54,887 bases of DNA. Origin: Octopus bimaculoides (lineage: Eukaryota). The DNA is taken from the NCBI RefSeq assembly GCF_001194135.2, contig NC_069008.1, positions 11,627,427 through 11,682,313 on the forward strand, in the 5' to 3' direction. Under the pieces are notes generated by a model. That model had not been told where the DNA came from. It did not search any database and saw only the letters and a program-made list of their open reading frames with translations. Shown here in pieces: positions 1 to 11,310 of this stretch; position 1 is the first letter of the stretch; the number at the start of each line of letters is the position of its first letter. Both the position numbers and the translations under genes were made by a program.

Positions 1-243
1 ATAGTGCTCATGAGAACTGCCCATATCCTACGTAAAATACTGTCTATGTGATCTCAAATTTTAAAGCAAACACATAATTTTCTTATGGTTTCTTAAACAT
101 TCACTTGAACAAAACTGTACAAATCCAAATATATGGTACCCTAGGCATAACGCCTACATGAACTTCTAACTTGTTGTCTCTTGAGGTCTCTGGGTGAGAC
201 TTGGATCCAGCTTGTACAAATGCAAAACAAATGTCAAACATAA

Positions 244-335
244 AATAATAATAATAATAATAATAATGAAAAGAAGAAGAAGAAGAAGAAGAAGAAGAAG
301 AAGAAGAAGAAGAAGAAGAAGAAGAAGAAGAAGAA
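244..335. repeat. Compound microsatellite (AAT)n + (GAA)n
   Basis: AAT run at 244-267 and GAA run at 271-335, read directly. Confidence 0.97.
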
Positions 336-1520
336 TGGAATGAAAGGGCCAATGCAGAGACAGACATAAAATGTGCGGGTTTACATATAATATAATGATA
401 AAAAAGGTATACACTGGAAAAAAGACATATGCATAGCATACAAAGGTAAAAACAACGGGGAGTAGGATAGAGATGTGGCCCTTTTGATACCGTAACGCCT
501 CTAGGTAAAATTGAGGAAGCCCACTGTCCGAGATTTCCCTGAAACCCTATGAGCAAGTGCCCTCTCCAATTCCTTCTCTCCGACTCACAGGTCTACACTT
601 AGTGAGGTACCATCCACTCTTGCCATTTTCGCAACTTTCACCCACCTTTCAATAAACTCACTTGAGGACAGCTCTTCCCTCTCCACTCGCAATTTCCTTT
701 TCAAGTGAAACTTAAAATGTCAATGAGAGCCCAAAGGAGAATGCATCTGTCCTCTTACTTTTCAGCCTTGTCCACCAAACAACCTCTACAGCACAGCCAT
801 CAGACAAAGGAAACCTGCCTTGTCTGTCCGATTGAAGGAGGACGGCAGACAGTCGGATTCGTTCCACACGTTCACCATAACCCCATAAGTCAACAATGCC
901 AGGACCCTGCCCTAGGGCGTGGAGAACAGTTTCGTCCCTCTGCGCACACCAATGCGTGTAGCATTGCCAGGCCAAGGACATCTGGAAATAGACTAGCCAG
1001 TTCGTTCTCATCGGCGCCCAGAGTCTCTCCGAGAACGTCGTCGCACCTCCCTGCTACTAATCCTCTATATATTTCTAAAGCGGAACATCCACCTATCTCA
1101 TTGCCCGACTGGTAGAGGGTTGTGAGCGTCTGACGACATTCTAGGTTCTAGGCGCCCAGTCTCGGTCTTTTCTTCACCCAGGACTGCAGCTCCATCAAGG
1201 ATATAAGCAGTGGAAAGACGAGCCTACAAACAGTCAGCGTCCAGAAATCGTTGCAGGTGGCGTAACCTAAGCGCGTGTCTGCACATTAGGAGCTACGGCA
1301 TACCTAGTCCGCCACTCAGAGGATGCTGGGCACAATCGGACCACCTGACCATTGTAACGCGTCCTTTCTACAAGAATTTAAATAAGAGACGCTCCAACCT
1401 GGTCAAGCAGTAACTGGGACAAGGCATGACAGTCAGGCGATAAATAACGGAGGCGATGTAAGCATTCACCATCTCTGCCTGACCTTCCAGGGACAGCTTT
1501 CTTTCAGCCCATTTCTGGGC
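336..1520 (-). mobile_element. 5'-truncated, degenerate L1-clade (Tx1-like) non-LTR retrotransposon: ORF2 C-terminus plus 3' UTR
   Basis: Minus translation gives KWAERKLSLEGQAEMVNAYIASVI.YRLTVMPCP...FL*KG...QHPLSGGLGMP, a zf-RVT-like remnant (CAQRDETVLHAL...DLW) and a terminal EFIERWVKVAKMARVDGTSLSVDL* (stop at 585-587). There are several in-frame stops. The 3' UTR runs into (TTC)n. Confidence 0.8.
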
Positions 1521-1602
1521 ACATATACATATACATATGTGTGTATATGTATATGTATATGTATGTATGTATATTTATATATACATATGTATATATATAT
1601 AT

Positions 1603-1676
<74 letters not shown>

Positions 1677-1678
1677 TA
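1521..1678. repeat. (TA)/(CA) microsatellite block
   Basis: Read directly. Confidence 0.95.
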
Positions 1679-1741
1679 CATACAAAAATAAGAGGAATGA
1701 CCAGCAAAAGTGAACTCCTATATGCTAGAAANNNNNNNNNN

Positions 1742-2200
1742 TATATTACATACAAAAATAAGAGGAATGACCAGCAAAAGTGAACTCCTATATGCTAGAA
1801 ATAGATGCCGAATCTTCTAACCACGAAAAAAATATATGTTCTCAGTAAAAATTCAGCGACACAACAGATTGTAAAAGAGCAAGACAAATGAAAAAATGCT
1901 AAATATAAGAAAAAAAACGATTAACCTACATACCATGGTTTCGCCTGTTAAAATTTACATAAGTAAATATCTGCAGGATCGTCAGCGTAGTCCGTCGATT
2001 AGCAATGCAATTTCCATTGCTAATCGTTTTTTTTTTTATTTAGTATTTTTTCATTTGTCTTGCTCTTTTACAATCTGTTGTGTCGCTGAATTTTTACTGA
2101 GAACATATATTTTTTTCGTGGTTAGATGATTCGGCATCTATTTCTAGCATATAGGAGTCCACTTTTGCTGGTCATTCCTCTTATTTTTGTATGTAATATA
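1742..2200. mobile_element. Foldback/MITE-like element with ~180-bp near-perfect terminal inverted repeats
   Basis: 1742-1923 is the reverse complement of 2021-2200 with only a few mismatches. TA-rich flanks; ~100-bp spacer. Confidence 0.85.
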
Positions 2201-2371
2201 ATTTTAATCTTCGGATTTTTTAATATGCTAGACCACTGGTTTTAATTGAATTAATATCAATTTCTACGCTCATTAATAAATNNNNNNNNNNNNNNNNNNN
2301 NNNNNNNNNNNNATATATGTATATATGTATATATGTATACCTATGTTATGTGTTTCCGTGTGTATGTAGTT

Positions 2372-3898
2372 ATCTAAAAGTATGGGTCAGACAAAGACAA
2401 ACATTCATATATTAGTAAGTGCAATGAGTTTATTAGATGACCATGACTTCAGTAGATTCTGTCCCACCAGGTCACAGAGGGGAAGACCACCCACCATCAC
2501 TTCAGCAGTGAAGAAAAGCTCCATAGAGCGCTGGAGTGGCTGGACCGCACCCACCTAAAACCCTAAGAACAACATCAGGTGAAAGAAATGATTGCACATG
2601 CAATAGGGGCCAGTGTAAAAAACCACCTTGAAGAACCACATAGTAAAGTTTTGCAAAAAACTCTACATGCAGGTTCAAGGTGCAGCCATCGGTGTCGGTG
2701 TAGCCGGAGATGTGACTGACCTCTTTATGACCTGGTGGGACAGAAGACTTAAACAAATGTTAGCAGAACAGTCCACAACTCTTCTACTCTACAGTAGATA
2801 TGTAGATGACATTATTATCAGAGTTAGGACCAACTCCAGTGACGGTAATGTAGAAACTGAGAAGAACGTAATGGAGAGCATCCAGCAAATAGCTAACTCC
2901 ACCAAAGTATCAAGGTAACTATAGATTACCCCACTAAGCACCCCAACAATAGACTCCCTGTACTTGATACTGAACTTTGGTTTGAAACTGTGAACAATAA
3001 AGTGCAGCTCCTCCACTCCTATTACATGAAACCCATAACTTCAAAATATGTTGTTTACAAGAACTCAGCTTTGTCACACAACATTAAAATTAACATACTG
3101 ATAGCAGACTTAGTTAGGATAATGAACAATGTGTCCCCACTATGCAAACCCTATGAAACGAAAAAAACATATACAGAACTTCATGCACCGCATGCAGTTC
3201 TCTGGATATGATTAGAAAGTTAAGTTTCGAGTATACAGAGGGCTAGAAATAAATTAGATAACATTATACGTAATGATACCAGTGGTACCTGCCCTAGATA
3301 TAGAAACAAAGAATGAAATAGGATACAAAGAACTTGTGACAAAGCAAACAGGGCGAACACATGGTATAAAACCGACAAATATCAAAGAGTGATGTTTGTA
3401 GAGGCCACAGCCCATGGAGAACTAGCCCGTAGATTTAGAAAAGCTCTGAAGGAGACCAAACTCAACATTAAGATTGTTGAAAAGCCAGGGAACTCCGTCA
3501 GATCACAACTATGTAGGACGTACCTCTTTGAGAATACCATATGCACCAATGATAACTGCATGGTATGTAAGATTAGCCCTGGCATTAACTGTAGAACTAG
3601 AAATATAATTTACTGCATAAGCTGCATAGAAGGTGCTTGTAAAGACATGAACATGACGTACATAAGGGAGACATCTAGGAGCATTGCGGAACGACTAAAT
3701 GAACATCTGAGACAATATGACGACAAAAAACAGTCCCCCATACTCTACCAACATGCTAAAGACCAACATGGGGGCAACCTCGGTCAACTTGACATCCGCA
3801 TCTTATCCAAGCACCAAAAAGACCCAACACTCAGACAAATACGAGAGTACGTCCTTATAAATGAAACTTTCTCAATACTAAATAGGAAATATACATAG
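2372..3898 (+). mobile_element. Penelope-like element (RT + C-terminal GIY-YIG endonuclease), 5'-truncated and frameshifted
   Basis: RT motifs YMQVQGAAIGVGVAGDVTDLFM and LYSRYVDDII (2628-2918), thumb region YYMKP...SALSHNIK, and a Cys-rich linker followed by GIY-YIG-like IIYCISC...YIRETSRSIAERLNEH (3389-3898). Confidence 0.88.
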
Positions 3899-3949
3899 TA
3901 GATATCATTCCCCCATAGAATAGAGTAGAATAGTTAGTGGGCTCTTATG

Positions 3950-4470
3950 TAGATAGATGTATGTATGTGTGTGTGGGTGGGTGTATGTATGTGTATATGC
4001 ACACGTATGCAAGCATATGGATATGAAAATAAACGGATCAACGTACAGACGGATACGTACATAGGTTATATGAACAGACAAGCACACATACGCAAATGGA
4101 GACTGAATCACATGACCATATATACACACACACTTTACTCACACAAGAACACATATGGAGATGCACATCCATACATACAAACACGGTACATAGTTTCAAA
4201 AAACACACACACTCAGACATGCGCACACAAGGAGACAGAGGGGCACACACGAACTCACATGCATAAAAAACACACAAACACGGACACGCAAGCACATGAA
4301 TATGCAGAGTACATATATACAGATGCACAAACATACATACATACATATATACATATGCATACACACACATGCTTGCATACATACATACATACATACATAC
4401 ATACATACATACATACATACATACATAGCATAGCATAGCATAGACACACACACATGCACACAAACATACA
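3950..4470. repeat. Degenerate (CA)n/(TACA)n microsatellite-rich tract
   Basis: Read directly; pure (TACA)n at about 4376-4425. Confidence 0.9.
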
Positions 4471-4658
4471 AAAAGGAATGCAGTGTAAGTAACGGACAGA
4501 GTCAAGACTATTGAAAAGGTTCCAAGACACAACGAAAATTTTAGGAAAATAAAAATAAGAAATAAGTGGAAATTTTACCGGTGAGTGTGTTAAATTATAA
4601 GGTACAAAAAGAAAATGACTCTCCCCAGACACAACAGAGTTTATTATCATTATTTGTA

Positions 4659-4803
4659 TATAGATGTTTTCGATCTAGTTAGGATTCTTTGCCATCAAAT
4701 TTGAATTCTTTGCCATCAAATTTGAATTCTTTGCCATCAAATTTGATTGCAAAGAATTCAGATTTGATGGCAAAGAATCCAAACTAGATCGAAAACATCT
4801 ATA
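4659..4803. mobile_element. 145-bp palindromic mini-MITE with internal 21-bp tandem repeats
   Basis: Arms of about 55 bp (TATAGATGTTTTCGATCTAGTT... / ...AACTAGATCGAAAACATCTATA). The unit (G)AATTCTTTGCCATCAAATTT occurs about 3 times on the left arm and in inverted form on the right arm. TA flanks. Confidence 0.75.
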
Positions 4804-4940
4804 ATATTATATTCGAATTTCATACCTCAATTGTGACATGCTAGAAATGGAGTAGTAAACCCAGCAATCACCAGAAATGACTGGCTGGAATAATTATTGG
4901 TAGTATCCAGTTCATGAATCTTGCATATTTTATATATATA

Positions 4941-5079
4941 GGCGCAGGAGTGGCTATGTGGTTCCGGGTTCTGTCCCTCTGCGTGGCACCTTGGGCAAGT
5001 GTCTTCTACTATAGCCTCGGGCCGACCGAAGCCTTGTGTGGATTTGGTAGACGGAAACTGAAAGAAGCTCGTCGTATAT
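4941..5079 (+). mobile_element. tRNA-head SINE, 5' half only, with an internal deletion in the head
   Basis: Matches the reverse complement of 52345-52512 and 49680-49835 (GGCACCTTGGGCAAGTGTCTTCTACTATAGCCTCGGG...GGATTTGGTAGACGGAAACTGAAAGAAGC). Confidence 0.85.
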
Positions 5080-5310
5080 GACATCATTATAAAACTGGCC
5101 GATAAGGGTGGAGCCGTGGTGGTATGGCACGCGGACATCTATAAGGCCGAAGCTCTCCGTCAACTTCAAGACACCTCCTTCTACCGCCCTCTGCCCTCTG
5201 ACTCCATACCCAGCTACCAACAGACTGTGTCCTCCACTATCCATGACCTCATCTCCTCCTCCCGTCTCCCCGCCATCGCCTCCACCCTCAGTGCCTTTCA
5301 AGCACGTGTT
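5080..5310 (+). mobile_element. Penelope-like element RT N-terminal fragment running into a gap
   Basis: DIIIKLADKGGAVVVWHADIYKAEALRQLQDTSFYRPL matches the PLE DKG motif region. Confidence 0.85.
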
Positions 5311-5970
5311 NNNNNNNNNNNNNNNNNNNNNNNNNNNNNNNNNNNNNNNNNNNNNNNNNNNNNNNNNNNNNNNNNNNNNNNNNNNNNNNNNNNNNNNNNN
5401 NNNNNNNNNNNNNNNNNNNNNNNNNNNNNNNNNNNNNNNNNNNNNNNNNNNNNNNNNNNNNNNNNNNNNNNNNNNNNNNNNNNNNNNNNNNNNNNNNNNN
5501 NNNNNNNNNNNNNNNNNNNNNNNNNNNNNNNNNNNNNNNNNNNNNNNNNNNNNNNNNNNNNNNNNNNNNNNNNNNNNNNNNNNNNNNNNNNNNNNNNNNN
5601 NNNNNNNNNNNNNNNNNNNNNNNNNNNNNNNNNNNNNNNNNNNNNNNNNNNNNNNNNNNNNNNNNNNNNNNNNNNNNNNNNNNNNNNNNNNNNNNNNNNN
5701 NNNNNNNNNNNNNNNNNNNNNNNNNNNNNNNNNNNNNNNNNNNNNNNNNNNNNNNNNNNNNNNNNNNNNNNNNNNNNNNNNNNNNNNNNNNNNNNNNNNN
5801 NNNNNNNNNNNNNNNNNNNNNNNNNNNNNNNNNNNNNNNNNNNNNNNNNNNNNNNNNNNNNNNNNNNNNNNNNNNNNNNNNNNNNNNNNNNNNNNNNNNN
5901 NNNNNNNNNNNNNNNNNNNNNNNNNNNNNNNNNNNNNNNNNNNNNNNNNNNNNNNNNNNNNNNNNNNNNN

Positions 5971-6009
<39 letters not shown>

Positions 6010-6319
6010 TCTCAATTGCGAAGGTGCGTGGCTTAGTAATTAGGGAACTCGCATTACAATCATAAAAGAAATATGTGTGTGTGTGTGTGAATGTATGTGC
6101 TTGTATATATGTAAGTATGCTTGTATATATGTATGTACGTATGCATGTATGAATGTGTGCATGTATGCATGTATGAGAGAATGGATGCAGGGCATTAAAT
6201 CAACTCCAGTATATTATGTGTATTTATGAACATATATGAAATTAAACCAAACCGAATCCCATGATATTTGAACACAGACTTTGCAATGACGAAACCCAAG
6301 TCTAGCAAGTAATTATTTA

Positions 6320-6700
6320 AACTTTAAACCAATTTATCACTGTTATGGTCAATTGTTCAAAGCGAAGAATTGTGAATTTGGTGTGTTCTTTTATGATTTT
6401 AATTTCATAAAAGGATTTTAATTTTTCAATAAACAAAGATAGATTTTGTACATACATGTCAGTTATCTTGGAAAGGAATAAGAAAGCGCCATCCTCATAT
6501 TTTTTTATTTCGTTGTTATTCAAATTACTGAAAGAAAGAAATAGGAAAATATTAAAATAAAAGTTAAAATAAGTAAAATTCAATAAATCTGTTTGCTCGT
6601 CTTCGTAAGAATCTAAATTTCTCTTTAGTCAAAACTAGCGACAAATTCTCGTGTTAACGGTTCGGATTGTATATTTCTGTTCATGGTATTCCTTTCAGTG
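6320..6700 (-). mobile_element. Possible highly degenerate RT (PLE-like) remnant
   Basis: Weak motif echoes: KGIP*, then KKYEDGAFLFL...LFIEKLKSFYEIKI (resembling RYxDDxF...F...LNS). A similar GIPM echo occurs at about 7915. Confidence 0.3.
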
Positions 6701-6847
6701 TTGTTTGGGCAGGAAACAATTCAATCAATCTAATCCTAAGTGAGGACAAAATCTATGAAACAATGCCAACAAAATATAGAACGCTATAAATTATAAGAAT
6801 AACAAAATTAAGCATAACCATTGTTATGTGCATAATATCTTGCATAC

Positions 6848-6919
6848 AGAGCATTTTCATCTACGGTACAAATATTATTTTCGGTGTATACTCCAATAGC
6901 AATATACAGATATAACATT
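6848..6919 (-). CDS. Candidate additional exon of the LRR gene (atypical register)
   Basis: Exactly 72 nt between ttattttccttAG and GTatgc. Open only in the phase 2/2 frame: MLYLYIAIGVYTENNICTVDENA(L). NNIxxVDENA is LRR-like but out of the usual register. Confidence 0.4.
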
Positions 6920-7182
6920 CTAAGGAAAATAAATAATTTATGATTATATCACTGAATATGATAAAAACAATTCACGTCTTTAAAAACAATATTCAACATA
7001 TATGTCTGAATTAATGTTTATATTTAAACTTAAGTAGGAAACAGTTATCTTTCATGGTATCAGACCATTGACATTTAGCCTCAGTTGAGTGGAAAGATTT
7101 AACATCTAAGAAGATAGAAACATCTACAAGGGACTGGTAATGAAAATGGAGTACTATAAAGTAAATTTGGTATATGATAGAT

Positions 7183-7360
7183 CGCTAGCCTCTACACACA
7201 TTTTTTCTCTCCTTGTTTCTTTCCGTGTCCCTTTCTGCGGAAGAGCGTAGGCTTGAAACGTTAAAGACGTTTTCAATTCCCGAGCGTTATACTAATACAT
7301 CTGTTTGTTTTCTACACCACCTGTCTTCGTCTTTTGTTTTTTGTGAATTCTCCCTATATA
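7183..7360 (+). mobile_element. Short PLE-terminal-repeat-like element containing a hammerhead-like motif
   Basis: Contains the minimal hammerhead-like motif at 7231-7266 and is flanked by AT-rich/TA sequence. The PLE link is inferred from the motif type. Confidence 0.5.
7231..7266 (+). ncRNA. Minimal type I hammerhead ribozyme-like motif (core variant)
   Basis: Stem I CTTT/AAAG, core CTGCGGA + extra A, stem II GAGC-gtag-GCTT, GAAA, palindromic ACGT stem III, predicted cleavage triplet GTT. Confidence 0.55.
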
Positions 7361-7384
7361 TATATATCATCACTCAATAGTGAA

Positions 7385-7700
7385 GATGTGTGGCTTAGTG
7401 ATTAGGATACTCGCCTTACAATCATGAGTTCGATACCTAGATGCAATTTATGTCCTTGAATCAGACGCTTTATTTCACGTTGCTCTAGTCCACTCAGCTG
7501 GCAAAAAGGAGTTGGACCTGTAATTCAATGGGTCCAGCCAAGTCACATCCTGTGTCACGCTTAATTTTTCTGAGAACTACATTGAAGGTAAGTATATCTC
7601 TGAACGGTTCAATCATTTACTCGTTACTTACACGAGCAGACTGTTCCGTTGATCGTATAAACTGGAATGCTTGTTGTCGTAACCGACGAAGAGTCATTTA
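7385..7700 (+). mobile_element. tRNA-derived SINE (degenerate)
   Basis: A box TGGCTTAGTGA (7391-7401) and B box GAGTTCGATACC (7426-7437), followed by a SINE-like body (TGTCCTTGAA..AGAC.CTTTATTTCAC). The 3' end is approximate. Confidence 0.65.
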
Positions 7701-8019
7701 TTATCACTCAGTACCAACAAATATTTCATATTAAGTACTAATTATACAATATAGAACACAGCCGTTAGTTAAATACTTTATGGCATTGGTTTAATGAACA
7801 AAATATATTATACGGATTTAACTAATGTTTATGATTGTTTCATTAACAGACTTTCTGCCATCTACCATAACGTGATAATGAAACTTCTCTGTGGCAGACA
7901 TGATATCATAGGTATTCCATCGTCATTGCAAGGCTCTGCCTACGAGACAAATCTGTTGATATTACAATTATGCAAAGAATGGAAATATTTACAAATTAAA
8001 AAATTAACATTTTACTTAC

Positions 8020-8091
8020 AGCTTAGTCAAATATGGCAAAAATTTAAACATTGCTGTTGTAATCGACGACAATTTATTCCCACTGAGATCC
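8020..8091 (-). CDS. Internal 72-nt LRR exon (phase 2/2) of the LRR protein gene
   Basis: atttatttttattttttAG | G GAT CTC AGT GGG AAT AAA TTG ... AAG CT | GTAAGT, translating as (L)DLSGNKLSSITTAMFKFLPYLTK(L), a canonical 24-aa LRR. Confidence 0.88.
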
Positions 8092-8498
8092 CTAAAAAAT
8101 AAAAATAAATATAATTTACCTACACACACACCCATAAATATATACATATGTCAACACATATATGTATGTATAACCAGGGATATATTTTACATATATTCGA
8201 ATATATGNNNNNNNNNNNNNNNNNNNNNNNNNNNNNNNNNNNNNNNNNNNNNNNNNNNNNNNNNNNNNNNNNNNNNNNNNNNNNNNNNNNNNNNNNNNNN
8301 NNNNNNNNNNNNNNNNNNNNNNNNNNNATATATACACACATATAAACAGAATTAAGGGATCAGCAAAACAGTTGCTTCACCACATACCGAAGTTCAGAAA
8401 TAGCAGCCAAAATGCCGAGACTCCAACAGATAGCATTACTTGTAACTCACAAAGGTAAAACAAGAAGAAAGAACAATGAAAACTAACCATTCGAAGTT

Positions 8499-8555
8499 AA
8501 TCATAGACGCGTTTCTGGCTTAGGAGCTTCCTAAGCTAGAAACGCGTCTATGATT
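8499..8555. repeat. 57-nt hairpin (27-bp stem, 3-nt loop)
   Basis: AATCATAGACGCGTTTCTGGCTTAGGA-gct-TCCTAAGCTAGAAACGCGTCTATGATT, with a single G:T mismatch. Confidence 0.92.
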
Positions 8556-8561
8556 TACTGC

Positions 8562-9287
8562 TAATGTTGTACTGCTAGGCATTCGCGCTGGAAACTCCAA
8601 AACGAACATTGCTGAGTGTTTGGGTTTCAATCTGAGGACAGGGCAATCTGAAGACATGTACATAGAGTGAGAAAAATCAAACATCTAGTCAACATCATGG
8701 TGTTTGGAGTGAGCACTAGTGATGGTGACGCTATGCCTCCATTCGTCTTCTCACACGACTTCAGACTCAACAAAGAGGCATACATCAAATGCCTGAAGGC
8801 AGCAGTGCTGCCCTGGGTCAAGAGAATGGCTGCTGGAAGAACCTATTTTCTGGCAACAAGATTCTGCAGCATGCTGCACAAGCAGGAGAACTCAGTTATT
8901 GCTGTCAGACAATTTTTGCGACCACATCACTCCTAAAATCTGGCCACCTAACTCCCCAGACTGCCACCGCCTTGATTATTATGCGTGAGTCGCAATTGAC
9001 CGAGAGACCAACAAAACTCTTTGTAGCACCAAAGATAAACTGAAGGCGAGGATTATGGCAGCACTCACCAACTTAAACAAGGAGACCATCCAGAAGAGTT
9101 GCAAAGATTCCGAAGTCTTCTGGAGACCGTGGTTGTAGCCAATGGTGATTTTATTGAAGAAATTAACTCTTTAGTATTTCAAGATATTTTTTATGTAATT
9201 TTGGCAAATATATCTGTTAAAATTACATATCAGCGTTATTTTCATTTTTGCATAATTTAGACGACAATATATGCACCGCACTCTGTA
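8562..9287 (+). mobile_element. Tc1/mariner superfamily (maT/DD37D-like) transposon remnant, internally deleted
   Basis: LLGIRAGNSKTNIAECLG, IMVFGVSTSDGDAMPPFVF, WQQDSA and IWPPNSPDC..LDY motifs; ends in ...CACTCTG|TA. Confidence 0.8.
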
Positions 9288-9824
9288 CATTTGTATATCA
9301 TATGTGTATGTCTGGATGCCCGAGAAGAACTAATTTGTAGCCTAATTAAGATTTAAGCGGAAAGAAGAGTGAGACTTGCAGTTCATGTTTTCCGATGTTC
9401 AGAAACCACAATACATACGATACCAATAGGATGAGGATTATTAGAGGGACGAAAATTAGGCGAAACCTCGAGAAGAAATTGCGCGACACATTCAAAGGAG
9501 GTTTGAAACGTTGCATCACCTGTAGAAATGAAGGTCACTATGTTGAAAAGCAGGATTATTGCAGTTATATTGCTGCCCAACATACAAGCCAACTGTACAG
9601 GACGAACAAAGACTATGAGTAAGACAGAGAAACCACAAATATAAAACACAGTAGAAGACGTATAAACAGAAAATAGACAATACACACTCGTATATTCTGA
9701 CACGTAATACATACGTCCACAGACACAAAAATGCACGAACATACATTCAGATTCACACACATACAAATATGTCCGCACAAAAACAAAGACTCATAGACGC
9801 ACACACACATACACACACACAAAC

Positions 9825-9895
<71 letters not shown>

Positions 9896-10779
9896 CACAC
9901 TCAAACTCACACTGAAACACACCAAACATACGAAGACACACACACACTAGCATGCAAATTCACAAACACTTATGGAGTGAAGGAATGTGAGGAGATAGAG
10001 AGATTAGCAGAGAGAAAGAGGTAAAGATGCGAATAATTAAATATTTGGAAATATATTTCTAATGAAATTGTATCAGCAATATAGATGCAGCGTAGACTTC
10101 CTGTATACATCTTTTCAATACTCTCGATTTTGTTAGGACTAATTCAGTTCACAAGAAATAGAATAGAACAGATTTGTGTTAAAATATGAAATACTGAGTC
10201 TAAACAGTTAAGTTTCAATATAAGATGTAAAATCTATACTTTTAATTAGGAAATAAGAAATTGTGGTGTAATTTGTTGTTAATAGGAACAGCATTGGGTA
10301 GAGACAAGTGTGTACTCCTACAAGTACGAATTCTATCCTTCAGTTATGTAATTCTAATTGTCGCATAGATACTAAAATATATATTCCGTTAACTATTTCC
10401 TGGTTCGTAGTTTTATATTTTAATTCTGCCTCTAATTTACCTTGAATACTTTTTAATAGCGGTTATTTTGAAACACGATTTTATAAAGACTATTTCATAA
10501 AAACAAAATTATTGTTTTGTCTGGTAATATACTAATGACTGTGGTGCTATATAACAATATCAGAGTAGTGTTCTTCCGGTGGAATATGATTTACTGTGCA
10601 GTGAACTATTACGTAAAATTCTGCAGTGCCACACTATTTACATGTTCTGGAATTTCGCTTCGTGTATATGTATCTGTACATAGATATATGGACGGCAAGA
10701 ATGCGGAGCAAGTGGGAAATTTAAAGGAGAACAACGAAAAACAACAGGTATGTCGACGAGAGCAATAAGAAAAAAAGCG

Positions 10780-10885
10780 ATGAAACCGATGATGATGATT
10801 ATGATGATGACGATCATGATGAAGATGAAGATAATGATAGTGTTGAAGATGCAGATGATAATGACGATGATAATGGTGATGATAG
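10780..10885. repeat. Degenerate (GAT)n microsatellite
   Basis: Read directly. Confidence 0.85.
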
Positions 10886-10999
10886 GATGTGCGGTTGCGT
10901 GTGTGTGTCTATAACGGTGTGTATGGTGTGCGAGTGTGAAAATGAATCTCTAACGTGTTTTCTAATTTAGACAAATATGTAACAGTGAACTAGAGCGCG

Positions 11000-11040
11000 C
11001 ACGCACATACACACACACACATTCACACAAACACACTTAT

Positions 11041-11078
<38 letters not shown>

Positions 11079-11310
11079 GTAAATAATTCCATATATACGT
11101 GTATGTGCGTGTGTTGCAGAGAAAATGAGAGATGAAATTACTAATACAGCTGCTCTCCATGCGTATACATTTCTACCCAAACGTACACACACACACAAAC
11201 ATACACTCACATACACACACACACAAACATACACTCACATACACACACACACAAACATACACTCACATACACACACACACAAACATACACTCACATACAC
11301 ACACAGACAC
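11000..11310. repeat. (CA)/(TA) microsatellites and a ~26-bp CA-derived minisatellite
   Basis: Unit ACACACACACAAACATACACTCACAT repeated about 4 times at about 11185-11305. Confidence 0.85.

Noticed and set aside
121-189. Possible LRR exon remnant (DL.DNKLE...M...PY), minus strand
   Set aside because: It needs a frameshift, has a stop in the phase-2 frame and weak splice sites; kept only as a hint of decay.
101-556. ORFs with poly-Ser/Leu/Tyr runs, and similar ORFs at 1466-1783, 3905-4650, 9516-9953, 11037-11341 and 12254-13493
   Set aside because: These are translations of microsatellites or low-complexity DNA with no domain signal.
1671-1801. 60-bp direct duplication on either side of a 10-N gap
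   Set aside because: An identical sequence flanking a minimal gap is typical of unmerged contig overlap, so this is an assembly artefact.
4484-4555. LRR-register peptide KIFVVSWNLFNSLDSVRYL, minus strand
   Set aside because: The register is good, but there is no GT donor or AG acceptor at the expected positions.
4954-6043. Long ORFs spanning N runs (also 12878-13493, 17848-18786, 36390-37091)
   Set aside because: They are open only because N contains no stop codons.
10075-10150. ISPNKIESIEK LRR-like peptide, minus strand
   Set aside because: It requires a frameshift and lacks splice signals, so it could be chance.
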